DNA from: a virus
DNA: 64,000 nucleotides
Virus record (IMG/VR): IMGVR_UViG_3300021962_000028
Location: 1 to 64,000 of that record
Strand: one strand, 5' to 3'
Position 1 is the stretch's first letter. Each line of letters begins with the position of its first letter. Position numbers and translations under genes: made by a program. Under the pieces are notes generated by a model that did not search any database, was not told the origin of the DNA, and saw nothing but the letters and a program-made list of their open reading frames with translations. Positions 10,222-20,746 of the stretch are shown here, in pieces.

Positions 10222-10392
10222 ATGGATATGGACAAGGAAACCAAAAAAATTAAAAACCTTAAGATTTCGGTCGAATCACACGAGATATTGAAGAAATATT
10301 GTGATAAAAGGGGTATTAAGATTTATAAGTTTATTGAAAATTTAATTTTAGAAACTTGTAAAGAAAAAAAGGATATATACGGGGAAAATTAA
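10222..10392 (+). CDS. Small ribbon-helix-helix-like DNA-binding protein
   Basis: KNLKISVESHEILKKYCDKRGIKIYKFIENLI; start moved to the ATG at 10222. Confidence 0.6.
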   Translation: MDMDKETKKIKNLKISVESHEILKKYCDKRGIKIYKFIENLILETCKEKKDIYGEN

Positions 10393-11429
10393 ACTAAGGT
10401 AGCTGTAAATTTCAAATTAGAAGTCTGATTTGAATATGTTTTTGTTATTTGAAACTTAACTTCATCCCCTCCATTTATCTTTATATTAGTTAAATCTGAC
10501 CCATAATATTCACCATCAATATAGACTTCGTATTTCGAAACGTTATCAGAAGATATCCAACTCAAATCTACTTTATCGTAAAATCGTTTAAGTACAAATG
10601 TGTTTTCGTCAGAAAATTCTACATTAACTTCATATGTTGATGGGTTGTCCGATTTTTTTACTCTTCTACCTCCTCCGTTACCGTTAGATGCTTCGTATAT
10701 TTGAAAAACTCTTTCAACACCAGGTTTAACTTCAAACTCGTCTTCATCTAAAAGAAACCCCATCATAGTAAATTCATAACTTTGTATATAATATTTTCTT
10801 TTTTCAATATCCATAACAGATTCGTCAGATACATTGTCCATAATAATTGGAATATAATGACCTTTAATATTTTGATACGCCTGTCTTGATGAAAATTTTT
10901 GTAATATTGTTTTGTTAAGAGCGTTCAACTCTCTCATTCGATTACAAATTATCTTAAGAGAATATTTGATATCAACAGGTACTGGTTGTGGTATCTTATA
11001 AACATCAACATTAATTCTATTACCATCAAAACTTGGTACAGATGCGTAATAAAATTGTCGTCTATTAGGTATTGTATATTGTAATGAAGGTAGGGAACCG
11101 TATTTAATTTCAGGGGCTCTTACTACAGTAATAAATGGAGGTGCCGCGTTTTTATCCAAATCTTGAAATTTCCAAGTTTGGGTAAACTGAGACCAATTTT
11201 GAGTTGTGACAATAATATCGACAGTCGGTATTACTTTACCCTCAACCGATACCTTTAACTCCTCTTTAACAAAATCTAAAAACCCTCTATCTAAATCAGC
11301 GTGTAATATTGATTTAGGTAAATAAGTTCCGTGTTCGTTAATCTTATCAAGTAACTCAACTCTTCTTGGGTATAAAGTTCTGTAAGGGGTTAACTCAATA
11401 TTTTTTTTTATTTGTTTCGGAAATCCCAT
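10389..11429 (-). CDS. Putative tail completion / sheath stabiliser (gp15-like)
   Basis: PPFITVVR, PQPVPVDIKYSL; lies between neck gene and sheath. Confidence 0.55.
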   Translation of the reverse strand: MGFPKQIKKNIELTPYRTLYPRRVELLDKINEHGTYLPKSILHADLDRGFLDFVKEELKVSVEGKVIPTVDIIVTTQNWSQFTQTWKFQDLDKNAAPPFITVVRAPEIKYGSLPSLQYTIPNRRQFYYASVPSFDGNRINVDVYKIPQPVPVDIKYSLKIICNRMRELNALNKTILQKFSSRQAYQNIKGHYIPIIMDNVSDESVMDIEKRKYYIQSYEFTMMGFLLDEDEFEVKPGVERVFQIYEASNGNGGGRRVKKSDNPSTYEVNVEFSDENTFVLKRFYDKVDLSWISSDNVSKYEVYIDGEYYGSDLTNIKINGGDEVKFQITKTYSNQTSNLKFTATLV

Positions 11430-11430
11430 A

Positions 11431-11979
11431 TTAGTATTTTAAAATTTCGTTAATAACGAATAATTTATTCTTTTGATTAATCATATCTACCTCTTTTGCT
11501 CGATATACAGGTTGTTCTGTTGATTTATAAACAAAACTATCGTATTTGTATGGGTTATATGTAACAACATTATCGTTTGATTCCTGAGGCATATTTTCAC
11601 AAGGGTATTTACAATAATCAACTAAGTCACCAATAACAAAGGCGTGTACATTCTTACTTTTTTCACTTCTAACTTTTTCTTTTCCACCCTTTCTAACTCT
11701 AAACTCAACATCACTTAATTTAACATAGTCCGCGTGAAGTATTACTTTAGATTTATATGTAACTGAAAAAGTGTGTTTATGTAAATTATAATAAACCATA
11801 ACTCGTTTACCTTTAAAATCTTCTTCAGAGTTATCGTGACCGCATTTATGACATACATATGGATTGTCACCGCCTTCTGTTGTATCCCAAGACCAACCAC
11901 AATCATCACATATGATTTTGTCATTAGTAATGGTTTCCATTATTAAATTTTTTTGTCTTTCACTAATTAATATTTTCAT
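11431..11979 (-). CDS. Hypothetical protein: ISE-Q leader, Zn ribbon and conserved phage domain
   Basis: MKILISERQKNLIME; CxxC..CxxC; VYYNLHKHTFSV..KNVHAFVIG..YNPYK. Confidence 0.75.
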   Translation of the reverse strand: MKILISERQKNLIMETITNDKIICDDCGWSWDTTEGGDNPYVCHKCGHDNSEEDFKGKRVMVYYNLHKHTFSVTYKSKVILHADYVKLSDVEFRVRKGGKEKVRSEKSKNVHAFVIGDLVDYCKYPCENMPQESNDNVVTYNPYKYDSFVYKSTEQPVYRAKEVDMINQKNKLFVINEILKY

Positions 11980-12494
11980 TATAATCCTCTAAATTCGTCG
12001 GCAGTTACAGGTGTTGCCGTTATAGTTCTGTAGAATGGTTTATACCCACCATAAGTATGTTTATTGTCAGACACAACTCTACCGTCATTTGCGACAACAT
12101 AATATCTAACTCTCGTTTCTGTTTCATAGTAACCAATATAATCACCATAAGATATATCAATACCTAACTCATCTAAATGAGATTGGTATACTGAAATTCT
12201 TGCGTTACCAGGTTCAAATTGTTCTACTTTACTATTACCCATAAATTTATTTTCAGGGGCAACTATCTGTAAAAACGCGTTAAATTGAACAGGTGGGAAG
12301 AATTTAATTCCGTCAGAAACAGTTTCACCGTAAACATCATCTGTTTTAGTTTTATATCTATCAACTCGATATAATACTAAAGTGAAGTTCATATCACCTT
12401 CTAACCATTCTCTACCCATATCAATATCTAAATGATAATCCTCCGCTCCGAAGAACTTACCTAATCTTGTAATTGGTACTTTATTTTGACTCAT
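11979..12494 (-). CDS. Putative neck / head-closure protein (gp14-like)
   Basis: LYRVD..DDVYGE..GDYI; ATG at 12494 preferred over the track start. Confidence 0.55.
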   Translation of the reverse strand: MSQNKVPITRLGKFFGAEDYHLDIDMGREWLEGDMNFTLVLYRVDRYKTKTDDVYGETVSDGIKFFPPVQFNAFLQIVAPENKFMGNSKVEQFEPGNARISVYQSHLDELGIDISYGDYIGYYETETRVRYYVVANDGRVVSDNKHTYGGYKPFYRTITATPVTADEFRGL

Positions 12495-12535
12495 ATTGAT
12501 AAATATCCAAAAATTTATTATCATTACATAAATAG

Positions 12536-14314
12536 ATGACTGAGTTGGAAATTAATAATTCAAACAATCCCCAATTAATAGAAAGAAAAGCACTTGAAAT
12601 ACTAGAGTCGTATTCAGGTGCAAATAACTATTTGTTAAGGTTAAAGAGACAACAGGACTTAAATAAGAAGTTTTACCCAACAAGAGCTCAAGCTGAATAT
12701 ATCATTAGTTTTCATAATATAGTTCCTAAAGTGGCCAAAAAATGGGTTGACTTAGACCCGTACTTTGCTCAAAAAATTGCCGACGAAAAATTATATACAA
12801 AAGTTCCTGAACAAATATGGATTGAAAAACTTTTAGTTGAGAAAGATAAATCATATCATATTTGGGGAAAAATTTTTGAAAATGAAGAATTACACGAAAT
12901 ATGGTTACCTAAAGGTGCTATTATAAAAACTCACAATGTTGAAAAGGTTGTAATTGACTATTCAAAATATTCCCATAGACCACCTCTTAATCATCAAAAG
13001 GAAGCGATTGAAAAGTTAGTCGGTTGTAAAAGATTTATACTTGCGGACGATATGGGGTTAGGTAAAACGACCTCAACTATTATCGCTGCTTTAGAAACAG
13101 GTGCTAAAAAAATATTAATAATATCACCAGCATCCCTTAAGATTAACTGGATGAGGGAAATTCAAAACTACACCGACAGAAGTGTTTATATTTGTGAAGG
13201 TAAAAATTTCTCAACTGAACACGACTTTGTAATCATTAACTATGACATTGTTAAAAATTTTTACGATATTAAAGACAAAGAAAACAGTCCAATATATCAA
13301 ATGAATTTTGATTTAATTGTTATTGATGAAGCTCATTATTTACAAAACGCTCAAGCTCAAAGAACTAAATTAGTTAATAGTTTTGCAAAAAGAGTCGATA
13401 GACTATGGTTACTAACGGGTACCCCATTAACCTCAAGACCAATTAATTATTTTAACTTACTAAATCTTATTGAATCTCCTGTGGCACAAAATTGGATGGC
13501 TTACGCAATTCGTTATTGTGAAGGATATCAATTTAAAGCTGGACCACGAAAGGTTTGGAACGTGAAGGGAGCATCTAATTTAGAAGAACTACGAGATAGA
13601 ACTTCAAGACAAGTCTTAAGAAGATTAAAAGAAGACGTATTAGATTTACCTGATAAAATTATTACCCCCGTTTATTTAAGACTAAAATCAAAATTATACG
13701 AGGGATTAATGGGAGAATACTTTGATTGGTACCGAGCCAATTCAGAAGAATCCTCATCATTAACATTACAATTTTCAAAACTAACAAAAGTTAGACAGAT
13801 TATTGCCGAAGAAAAAATATCTAGCACAATAGAGTTGTGTGAAAATATAATAGAACAAGGAAAAAAAGTTATTATTTTTACTAACTTTACTAACTCACTT
13901 CAAAAAATAGTAGAACATTTTGGAAAACAGTGTGTTTTCTTAGATGGAAGTTGTACTCAACCACAAAGACAATTTGCGGTTGACCAATTTCAAACCAATG
14001 ATAAAATAAACGTTTTTGTAGGTAACATAAAAGCGGCAGGTGTCGGTATTACATTAACATCCGCAGAGGCGGTTATAATGAATGATTTATCTTTCTTACC
14101 GTCAGACCATAGTCAGGCTGAAGATAGAGCCTATAGATATGGTCAGAAATCAAATGTTTCAGTATATTACCCAATATTTGAAAACACTATTGAAGGAGTT
14201 ATTTACGACATTTTATCAAAGAAAAAATCTATTATAGAAACAGTTATGGGTGACAACCTTGATAAGGCAGATTTTGTAGAAGAAGTTTTGAATTCTATAA
14301 ACAATAGTAGATAA
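12536..14314 (+). CDS. SNF2-family (SMARCAL1/HARP-like) helicase
   Basis: LADDMGLGKT, IDEAH, LLTGTP, GVGITLT, QAEDRAYRYGQ. Confidence 0.92.
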   Translation: MTELEINNSNNPQLIERKALEILESYSGANNYLLRLKRQQDLNKKFYPTRAQAEYIISFHNIVPKVAKKWVDLDPYFAQKIADEKLYTKVPEQIWIEKLLVEKDKSYHIWGKIFENEELHEIWLPKGAIIKTHNVEKVVIDYSKYSHRPPLNHQKEAIEKLVGCKRFILADDMGLGKTTSTIIAALETGAKKILIISPASLKINWMREIQNYTDRSVYICEGKNFSTEHDFVIINYDIVKNFYDIKDKENSPIYQMNFDLIVIDEAHYLQNAQAQRTKLVNSFAKRVDRLWLLTGTPLTSRPINYFNLLNLIESPVAQNWMAYAIRYCEGYQFKAGPRKVWNVKGASNLEELRDRTSRQVLRRLKEDVLDLPDKIITPVYLRLKSKLYEGLMGEYFDWYRANSEESSSLTLQFSKLTKVRQIIAEEKISSTIELCENIIEQGKKVIIFTNFTNSLQKIVEHFGKQCVFLDGSCTQPQRQFAVDQFQTNDKINVFVGNIKAAGVGITLTSAEAVIMNDLSFLPSDHSQAEDRAYRYGQKSNVSVYYPIFENTIEGVIYDILSKKKSIIETVMGDNLDKADFVEEVLNSINNSR

Positions 14315-14359
14315 ATCGGAATTACCGATTATTTATTAGAATAATAAAAGCCTTAACAT

Positions 14360-16027
14360 ATGAAAAATCTAGTAAATAAGATTGAAGCCTTAAAAGAGGA
14401 GGTCACACTAGTTGAAACTAAAAAAACTCAAAAATTCTTTTTATCTGAAATGAAAAGAATTGGTATTGAAAAATTACCTTACTCTTACACATCTCTTAAA
14501 CGTTTTATTGACCCCGAAACAATGGACATCCATTATAATAAACATTATAAAGGTTATGTCGAAAAATTAAATTTGGCGTTAGATAAGAAAAAGTTTGGTG
14601 ATTTAGACTTAGAACAAATTGTAAAAACAATTAGTCGTTTTAATAAAAATGTTAGAAATAATGCAGGTGGAGCATATAACCACGCACTTTTTTGGAAAAT
14701 GTTAACACCAACACCTCAAAAACCTAAAGGTTTAATTCTTAAGAAAATTGAAACTGAGTTTGGTACTGTAGGTTCATTTAAAAAGAAATTTGATGAAATT
14801 GCAAAAGAAAGATTTGGTTCGGGTTGGGTTTGGTTAGTTGTAACTAAAAACAACTCCTTAAAAATTATGTCAACTCCAAATCAAGACAACCCATTAATGA
14901 ATGATATTAAAGATGGTGGGTACCCTATTTTGGGATTAGATTTGTGGGAACACGCTTATTATTTAAAATATCGAAACAAACGAGACGAATATATTAAAAA
15001 CTTTTGGACTGCGGTTAATTGGGAGTTTGTAGAAAAGTTATATAAAATGAAAATTGAGACGAGAATCGATGAAGAGATTGTAATGACTCAACTAATGAAT
15101 TCGTCTAATAAAGATATTCTAACTGAAGATGAAATAAAATCTCAAAGTTGTTCAACAAGCGACGAACAGATGTTTAAAAAATTATTATTCCCTCCAACAG
15201 ATTTATTAGAGAAATCTGACTCATATGGTAAATTTAAAAAAGAATATATTACAGGATGGATGGATATACTTAAAAAATCTTATCCTGAAAATTGGAGAGA
15301 AAAAAATTCTTTATTTACAGGTCACGAAGCTGGATTATATAGTAAAGAAAATGTTAGGTCATTACTTATGAACTTAACCTCATCATACACCGCTTTTTGT
15401 ATTATTCATAAAGATGTTAACGAATATCTTAAGAAAAATAATCAAAACACTATCGAATATGGGGATAACCCAAATACAAACCTAATTGAACTACGAAAAT
15501 TTTTCTCAGTCCTTGATGGGTTGAGGTCTAATATCTTTAAACGAGGGGAACAATCTAACACCCTTAGACAAATTGGTGGTGTATTAAAAAAGACTGACTG
15601 TTTAGGTAAAAGAAATGAGGAAGCAACTATGAAAATTATCAACCAAAATTATGGTGAGGGGGCTTGTACTATCGTTTCAGGTGGGGGTATGACAAAAGAT
15701 ATGTTGTCAGGAATTGATGCTAATGTAGTTATTGACGGTAAAGAATATACTTCACAGATTAAACCTTTTAAAAATATCTTTGAAAAAGACGGGTATTTTG
15801 TAGTCCAAGGTTCATCAAGTACTCAATCTTATAACAAAGTTAATTTACTTATTTTTGTTAACGTTAAATCAAAACAAGTTAGAATTTATAAAACCCCAAA
15901 AACCAGAATCTACCAAGGGAGTTATTATATTCCAAAAGAAAACGAGGTTGCAACCATATTTGCTAAGGGAGAATTGGAATTAATCGACTGTAACAAATAT
16001 TTATCTGAAAACATTATATGGGAATAA
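14360..16027 (+). CDS. sodA: Mn-type superoxide dismutase fused to a C-terminal domain of unknown function
   Basis: HYNKHYKGY, GGAYNHALFW, FGSGWVWL, TPNQDNP, LDLWEHAYY; about 320 extra C-terminal residues. Confidence 0.88.
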   Translation: MKNLVNKIEALKEEVTLVETKKTQKFFLSEMKRIGIEKLPYSYTSLKRFIDPETMDIHYNKHYKGYVEKLNLALDKKKFGDLDLEQIVKTISRFNKNVRNNAGGAYNHALFWKMLTPTPQKPKGLILKKIETEFGTVGSFKKKFDEIAKERFGSGWVWLVVTKNNSLKIMSTPNQDNPLMNDIKDGGYPILGLDLWEHAYYLKYRNKRDEYIKNFWTAVNWEFVEKLYKMKIETRIDEEIVMTQLMNSSNKDILTEDEIKSQSCSTSDEQMFKKLLFPPTDLLEKSDSYGKFKKEYITGWMDILKKSYPENWREKNSLFTGHEAGLYSKENVRSLLMNLTSSYTAFCIIHKDVNEYLKKNNQNTIEYGDNPNTNLIELRKFFSVLDGLRSNIFKRGEQSNTLRQIGGVLKKTDCLGKRNEEATMKIINQNYGEGACTIVSGGGMTKDMLSGIDANVVIDGKEYTSQIKPFKNIFEKDGYFVVQGSSSTQSYNKVNLLIFVNVKSKQVRIYKTPKTRIYQGSYYIPKENEVATIFAKGELELIDCNKYLSENIIWE

Positions 16028-17130
16028 TTGCAGAACCAAATAGAACAAAATTATATACGAGAGTAAAACACCTATTAGGTGCTCCTCTTAGAAGTGTTGA
16101 ATTGGAGGATGAAATGATGGACTCATTATTAGAGTTATCAATTGGAGATTACTCTCAATACATCCAAGATTGGTTAATCGAATCACAATGGTCGGCACTA
16201 CAAAATCTTAATCTTGACGAACAATCGTTAACAAGAGCTTTCATAACGAGAAGTTTGGACTATGAGACAAGATATACTTACGCATATTCTAAAATCGTAG
16301 GTTTACAAGCTGGTGGAGATTGGGTATTGAAGAAAGACTATATTGTAACTCAAAAAAATCAACAACTTTACGAAATTCCTAAAGGTAGAGAGGTGAACGA
16401 ACTATTATGGTTTACTCCTGCAACAATGAATAACGTTATGTTTGACCCATTTGCCTTTGGGGCTATGGGAGGTCCAGGTCTTGGTGGGGTTGGAGGATTT
16501 TCTCAGTTGGGTTATTCAGGTTCGTATACTATGATGCCAGCTTTTGATATGTTATTAAGAATGCAAGAAACAAATATTCAAAGACGTATCATTGGTAGTG
16601 ATTTAACTTACAGAATAACCGCATTACCTGACGGTAAAAAAATGATTCACCTAATGAATACTCCTGGCGGTAAATGGGATTTTGGTAGTGCTAATTACCA
16701 TAACGGTAAAGTTTGGTATTGGTATTATGATGTTGATGGTGCGGATAGAGATAAATGTTTAAGTGACAATCCTGATATCGTAAAATTACCTTCAGACGTT
16801 CCTTTGGATGAAATTTCTTGGGAGGATTTGAATAATCCCGCACAACAATGGATTAGAAGATGGTTCATTGGTTTGTGTAAAGAAGCTTTAGGACGAGTTA
16901 GAGGAAAATATAGTGGTAACCTTAAAACACCTGACAGTGAACTTACTATGGATTATACAAGTTTACTAACTGAAGGTAAGGACGAAAGAGCAAAACTACA
17001 AGAAGAATTAATGGCTCGTTTAGAAAGATTAAGACCTGAAAAACAAATAGAAAAAGACGCGTTAATCGCCGAAAATCTAAATAAGGCTTTGAAATTTAGA
17101 GCGATGCCAAGACAAATATACGTAATTTAA
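16018..17130 (+). CDS. Neck protein / head-tail adaptor (gp13-like)
   Basis: LLGAPLRSVEL..; W.RRW...CKEALGRVRGKY. Confidence 0.7.
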   Translation: MGIIAEPNRTKLYTRVKHLLGAPLRSVELEDEMMDSLLELSIGDYSQYIQDWLIESQWSALQNLNLDEQSLTRAFITRSLDYETRYTYAYSKIVGLQAGGDWVLKKDYIVTQKNQQLYEIPKGREVNELLWFTPATMNNVMFDPFAFGAMGGPGLGGVGGFSQLGYSGSYTMMPAFDMLLRMQETNIQRRIIGSDLTYRITALPDGKKMIHLMNTPGGKWDFGSANYHNGKVWYWYYDVDGADRDKCLSDNPDIVKLPSDVPLDEISWEDLNNPAQQWIRRWFIGLCKEALGRVRGKYSGNLKTPDSELTMDYTSLLTEGKDERAKLQEELMARLERLRPEKQIEKDALIAENLNKALKFRAMPRQIYVI

Positions 17131-17134
17131 TTTT

Positions 17135-17470
17135 ATGGCAATAATAAGAAGTACTCCTTCGGAAAGAATAATAAACGGACAGGTTATCATATCGTCTGAA
17201 AACGCTTTAGTATCTGAAACCCAATTCAGAACAAAAGGTGAAAGTACTGTTGTAGTTAAAGATGTGGAATTTTCTAAAGTGACTTTAGACCACTCATCAA
17301 CAGACCACATAGTCATTAAGGCGTTGACTAAAGTACTAATTCTACCAAGTTCAGGAAGAATTGATGAAGAGTTTGACGAAATTCTAATAGATAAAGGAGC
17401 TTGTGTCGAATTTAAATTTATATCAGGTAATTGGTATATTTTAAGTTCAGACGGATTAAAACAATCCTAA
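17135..17470 (+). CDS. Hypothetical beta-rich protein
   Basis: 111-aa ORF directly after the neck gene, ending before a terminator. Confidence 0.7.
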   Translation: MAIIRSTPSERIINGQVIISSENALVSETQFRTKGESTVVVKDVEFSKVTLDHSSTDHIVIKALTKVLILPSSGRIDEEFDEILIDKGACVEFKFISGNWYILSSDGLKQS

Positions 17471-17473
17471 AAC

Positions 17474-17514
17474 AAAAAAGGAATATGTAATTTTAACATA
17501 TTCCTTTTTTTTTT
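17474..17514. terminator. Bidirectional terminator
   Basis: AAAAAAGGAATATGT..ACATATTCCTTTTTT between convergent genes. Confidence 0.85.
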
Positions 17515-20224
17515 AATTAATATATTCCTCCCAACCTTCATCCGCCAATTCATACATATAGTCAGGACTTAATCCTCGTTTATTCCAATAAATCATCTCA
17601 GGTTCTGAAATTGCTAACACATCCTCAAGTTTATCTTGACCTGACTCGTCAAATGGTTTTCCGTTAATCAACTCACATTGGTCTTTAGTAAACAATCCAC
17701 GTTTTTCGGGGTCTAAAACTAATAACCCATCTCTAACTTCATCTTTAAATACAACCAATAATGGTTCAATACGTTTGTTAAATGTGGTAATTGCTCTCGG
17801 TACATTATAATCACCAGTTAAGTCAGGATTGTCTTCCAACTCTTTAGGGTCTAACATATAACAATTTAAAACTGTGTCGTTACCTTTTTTCTGAACATCA
17901 CCGTGAGAAGCTCTAAGACCATTATTAACATAGAATATAACATCACCAAGATTAATATTTAATCCGTGTTTAATTGCCAATTCCATATGGGCCATCTTAC
18001 TCATAGAACCACCAGATTTAGTTTTTTGGGTACTTCTAATTCTGTAATCTTCTAACGATAATTTAACCTTAGCTCTTTGGGCGATTTGTTTTAAAGGAAT
18101 TCTTCGGTCAAATATTTTCTGTAAGTATTCATAGTACCATTCAACAAACTCTTGTCCCTTACCTTCCAATAATAATTTAACCCCTTTATCTAAGAACGCC
18201 TCAATATAAAGTGGTAATTTCTTAGATTTAATGGTATTACCTGTTAATTTTACTTTACCCTTAGCATCCATAACCGCATAATTCTTACGAGCTAAGTTAA
18301 TACAAGAAGGCCAAGTACCGTCAGTATCTAAGGCCATCTCACCTCTCATAAATAAGTCATTGAATTCTGCAACGTCGGCATCATCACCTGTATACTCCTT
18401 ACCCTCTTTAACTTTCCAATTTAAACCTTTACCAACATAACGTCTGTTTTCCCATCCCTCAGGTTTCGAGAAGTTGACACCGTCCGTATCCATTACAAGT
18501 GGAGTATATCCACGTTTCATAAAGAACTTAATCATCATACGAAGATATTGTCTACCCGTACAGGTAATCTGTTCTCCCATATACATATCACCCCACGCAA
18601 ACACTTGTGGAGCGGATAACGCACCGAACATCGAGTTAATAAAAATCTTAATCGGCAACTGTTTACGGTCATATGATAGAGATTTTTTAGGGTCTGTTTT
18701 CTCATACTGACCCGCCAAATTCTTATATAAGATACGAGTATCACGGAAATATTTTAACATTGCCTTCATACCTCCTGTAACGTCACATTCAGGAAACACA
18801 TCGTGTACTAACTGAATAGAAGGGTACAGGGAACTAAAGTCGAGTTTCAATACGTTTCTTGAATACCCTACTTTAAGTAATCTTGATAGTCCTCCTACGA
18901 AATCAGTTTTCTCTTGTTTTTTAGGGATTGCTAATTTGAACTTATATGACCAAGCCAACATCAACATTTTCCATAATGTTGCGGTACCCATAGTTGAAAC
19001 TCTTTCGTACGTTGTTGGAATCATAGACGCCAATAAGAACGAACCCTGATTGAATTCATCATCCACAATAAGAGTTTCTTCTAAGTCATCGTCAAGATAT
19101 CTCTCAACTATATTATCACCTGTGGTTTTAATATAAGTACCAGGGAATCTTTTGTCCAAATCGTTAAACGCAGGGTTATCCGCTCTTTTATATTTACCGT
19201 TTGTAACATTTAACCAATACTCTTCTTTCTTGGCATACATAGGTCCAATATCTAAGTGGTCAATATAGATACGGTCATCGGCTTCCGCATCAATATATTG
19301 AGTAATATATTTCAAACCCGCAGATTTAATACTCGAATTGATTGCTTGCGCTCTACGAACTGAGTGAATAATATCAATAATATTGTAACCCCATATAGAT
19401 ACCTGATTAAATCGTTCAACCTCATTTGCAAGTTTTAACATACTCTCTTTTTGAGATATTGTTCTTGCGGGATTTAAAGAACGACAGGTTTTTTTAATAT
19501 CTAAGTTAAGAGCCTGACATCTTTCAAAAATCCAAAACCAGTCGAAGTTTGCCGAATTGTAACCACCAATAATACTTGGTTTTAATTCATCAATAATATT
19601 AAAGAACTCAATAAGACCTTGTCTTTCTTGTTCTTCTGTGGCACATTCGATTACCTTTTGGTAACCTTTATTGGTTTTTATTCCAATCATAAAGATACGA
19701 CCATCCTTAGGTTCAAGTGCGGTCGTCTCTAAGTCGAATACAAGTCGAGTAACATCATTGTACTCCTCATATCCTTTAAATAAACGTTTTTCTCTTTGAA
19801 TTAAGTATTGTTCTACAGGAGGTAGAATCATTATCAAATCTTTTGCTCTCTCACTCCAAGGGTCTAATCCACCATCTCGGAAGAACTGTATTAAGGTACG
19901 GTAACCTTTTAAAGATTTTACCATATACTTAAGACCTTGTTCCATCCTATCATTACCTTTAGTCTCTAACTTTTCGATAACAATACCATACTTGGTCATA
20001 TACTCTTTCTGAGCGGCTTTTGAGTTTTGATAAAAATTCAAACCTCTTAAGTCTCCAACCCAAGCAAATGCAATAAAACTGTCTTTTTGAATTACTTTAC
20101 CCTGACCAGGGATTTCTTTGATTTTATATACTGAATCTGACACATAATCAAATTCGACCGCGACAATGAACTCTTCGGGGTCATTACCTTCTAAAAAGGT
20201 TTTAATTTCTTCTTGACTAATCAT
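17513..20224 (-). CDS. Family B DNA polymerase with 3'-5' exonuclease domain
   Basis: FDLET, YNSANFD, YLDDD (Exo I-III); DFSSLYPS, KIFINSMFG, DTDG. Confidence 0.95.
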   Translation of the reverse strand: MISQEEIKTFLEGNDPEEFIVAVEFDYVSDSVYKIKEIPGQGKVIQKDSFIAFAWVGDLRGLNFYQNSKAAQKEYMTKYGIVIEKLETKGNDRMEQGLKYMVKSLKGYRTLIQFFRDGGLDPWSERAKDLIMILPPVEQYLIQREKRLFKGYEEYNDVTRLVFDLETTALEPKDGRIFMIGIKTNKGYQKVIECATEEQERQGLIEFFNIIDELKPSIIGGYNSANFDWFWIFERCQALNLDIKKTCRSLNPARTISQKESMLKLANEVERFNQVSIWGYNIIDIIHSVRRAQAINSSIKSAGLKYITQYIDAEADDRIYIDHLDIGPMYAKKEEYWLNVTNGKYKRADNPAFNDLDKRFPGTYIKTTGDNIVERYLDDDLEETLIVDDEFNQGSFLLASMIPTTYERVSTMGTATLWKMLMLAWSYKFKLAIPKKQEKTDFVGGLSRLLKVGYSRNVLKLDFSSLYPSIQLVHDVFPECDVTGGMKAMLKYFRDTRILYKNLAGQYEKTDPKKSLSYDRKQLPIKIFINSMFGALSAPQVFAWGDMYMGEQITCTGRQYLRMMIKFFMKRGYTPLVMDTDGVNFSKPEGWENRRYVGKGLNWKVKEGKEYTGDDADVAEFNDLFMRGEMALDTDGTWPSCINLARKNYAVMDAKGKVKLTGNTIKSKKLPLYIEAFLDKGVKLLLEGKGQEFVEWYYEYLQKIFDRRIPLKQIAQRAKVKLSLEDYRIRSTQKTKSGGSMSKMAHMELAIKHGLNINLGDVIFYVNNGLRASHGDVQKKGNDTVLNCYMLDPKELEDNPDLTGDYNVPRAITTFNKRIEPLLVVFKDEVRDGLLVLDPEKRGLFTKDQCELINGKPFDESGQDKLEDVLAISEPEMIYWNKRGLSPDYMYELADEGWEEYIN

Positions 20225-20281
20225 TTTTTCTATCTTTTACGTGTGGTTCATTAGCTGCCGAAAAATTCGACATTTACCTTA

Positions 20282-20289
20282 CAAACATA
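20282..20289 (-). promoter_or_regulatory. Possible Bacteroidota-type -7 promoter element upstream of the polymerase
   Basis: TATGTTTG on the minus strand matches TAnnTTTG. Confidence 0.4.
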
Positions 20290-20318
20290 AATATAGAAAT
20301 TTAAAAATCCGAAGTCAA

Positions 20319-20699
20319 TTAACAACAAGCAGTATCAGAAATAAAACTATCTTGGACCGTGATGAATAATTGTTCTCTAATAGGGACTATTAGGTCGCCT
20401 TGTTCGTTCTTCAACATAAACTGACCTTCGTAACGTCCAACTTTATTAGTATCTTTTTTAGTAAAAGTGTAATAAATATAATATTCTGTTGGGGTATTAG
20501 GGTCAATAAAAGTTTTTGAAACAAACCCCGCTCGTTTAGAAACTATTTTAGGGATACCCGTTTCAACATCAACCATACTAAATAGGATTGTTGAAGATTC
20601 TATCAAATCCATAAAGTTTTGATAATCACTTCTACCGTCTTTTACGACTTGCATTTTAAGTACAGGTAATGTTGCGTTTTTTTTGATATAAAATTCCAT
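20319..20699 (-). CDS. BppU-like Ig-fold virion protein
   Basis: FYIKKNATLP.L..YTFTKKDT..G.YEGQF; ATG at 20699. Confidence 0.55.
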   Translation of the reverse strand: MEFYIKKNATLPVLKMQVVKDGRSDYQNFMDLIESSTILFSMVDVETGIPKIVSKRAGFVSKTFIDPNTPTEYYIYYTFTKKDTNKVGRYEGQFMLKNEQGDLIVPIREQLFITVQDSFISDTACC

Positions 20700-20746
20700 C
20701 AAGGTTTTTTATTATAAATACCAAATTGTTCTAAATAATTACAGGG

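Noticed and set aside
17513-20224. Intein or intron in the DNA polymerase
   Set aside because: Continuous 903-aa ORF with normal motif order and no splicing motifs seen
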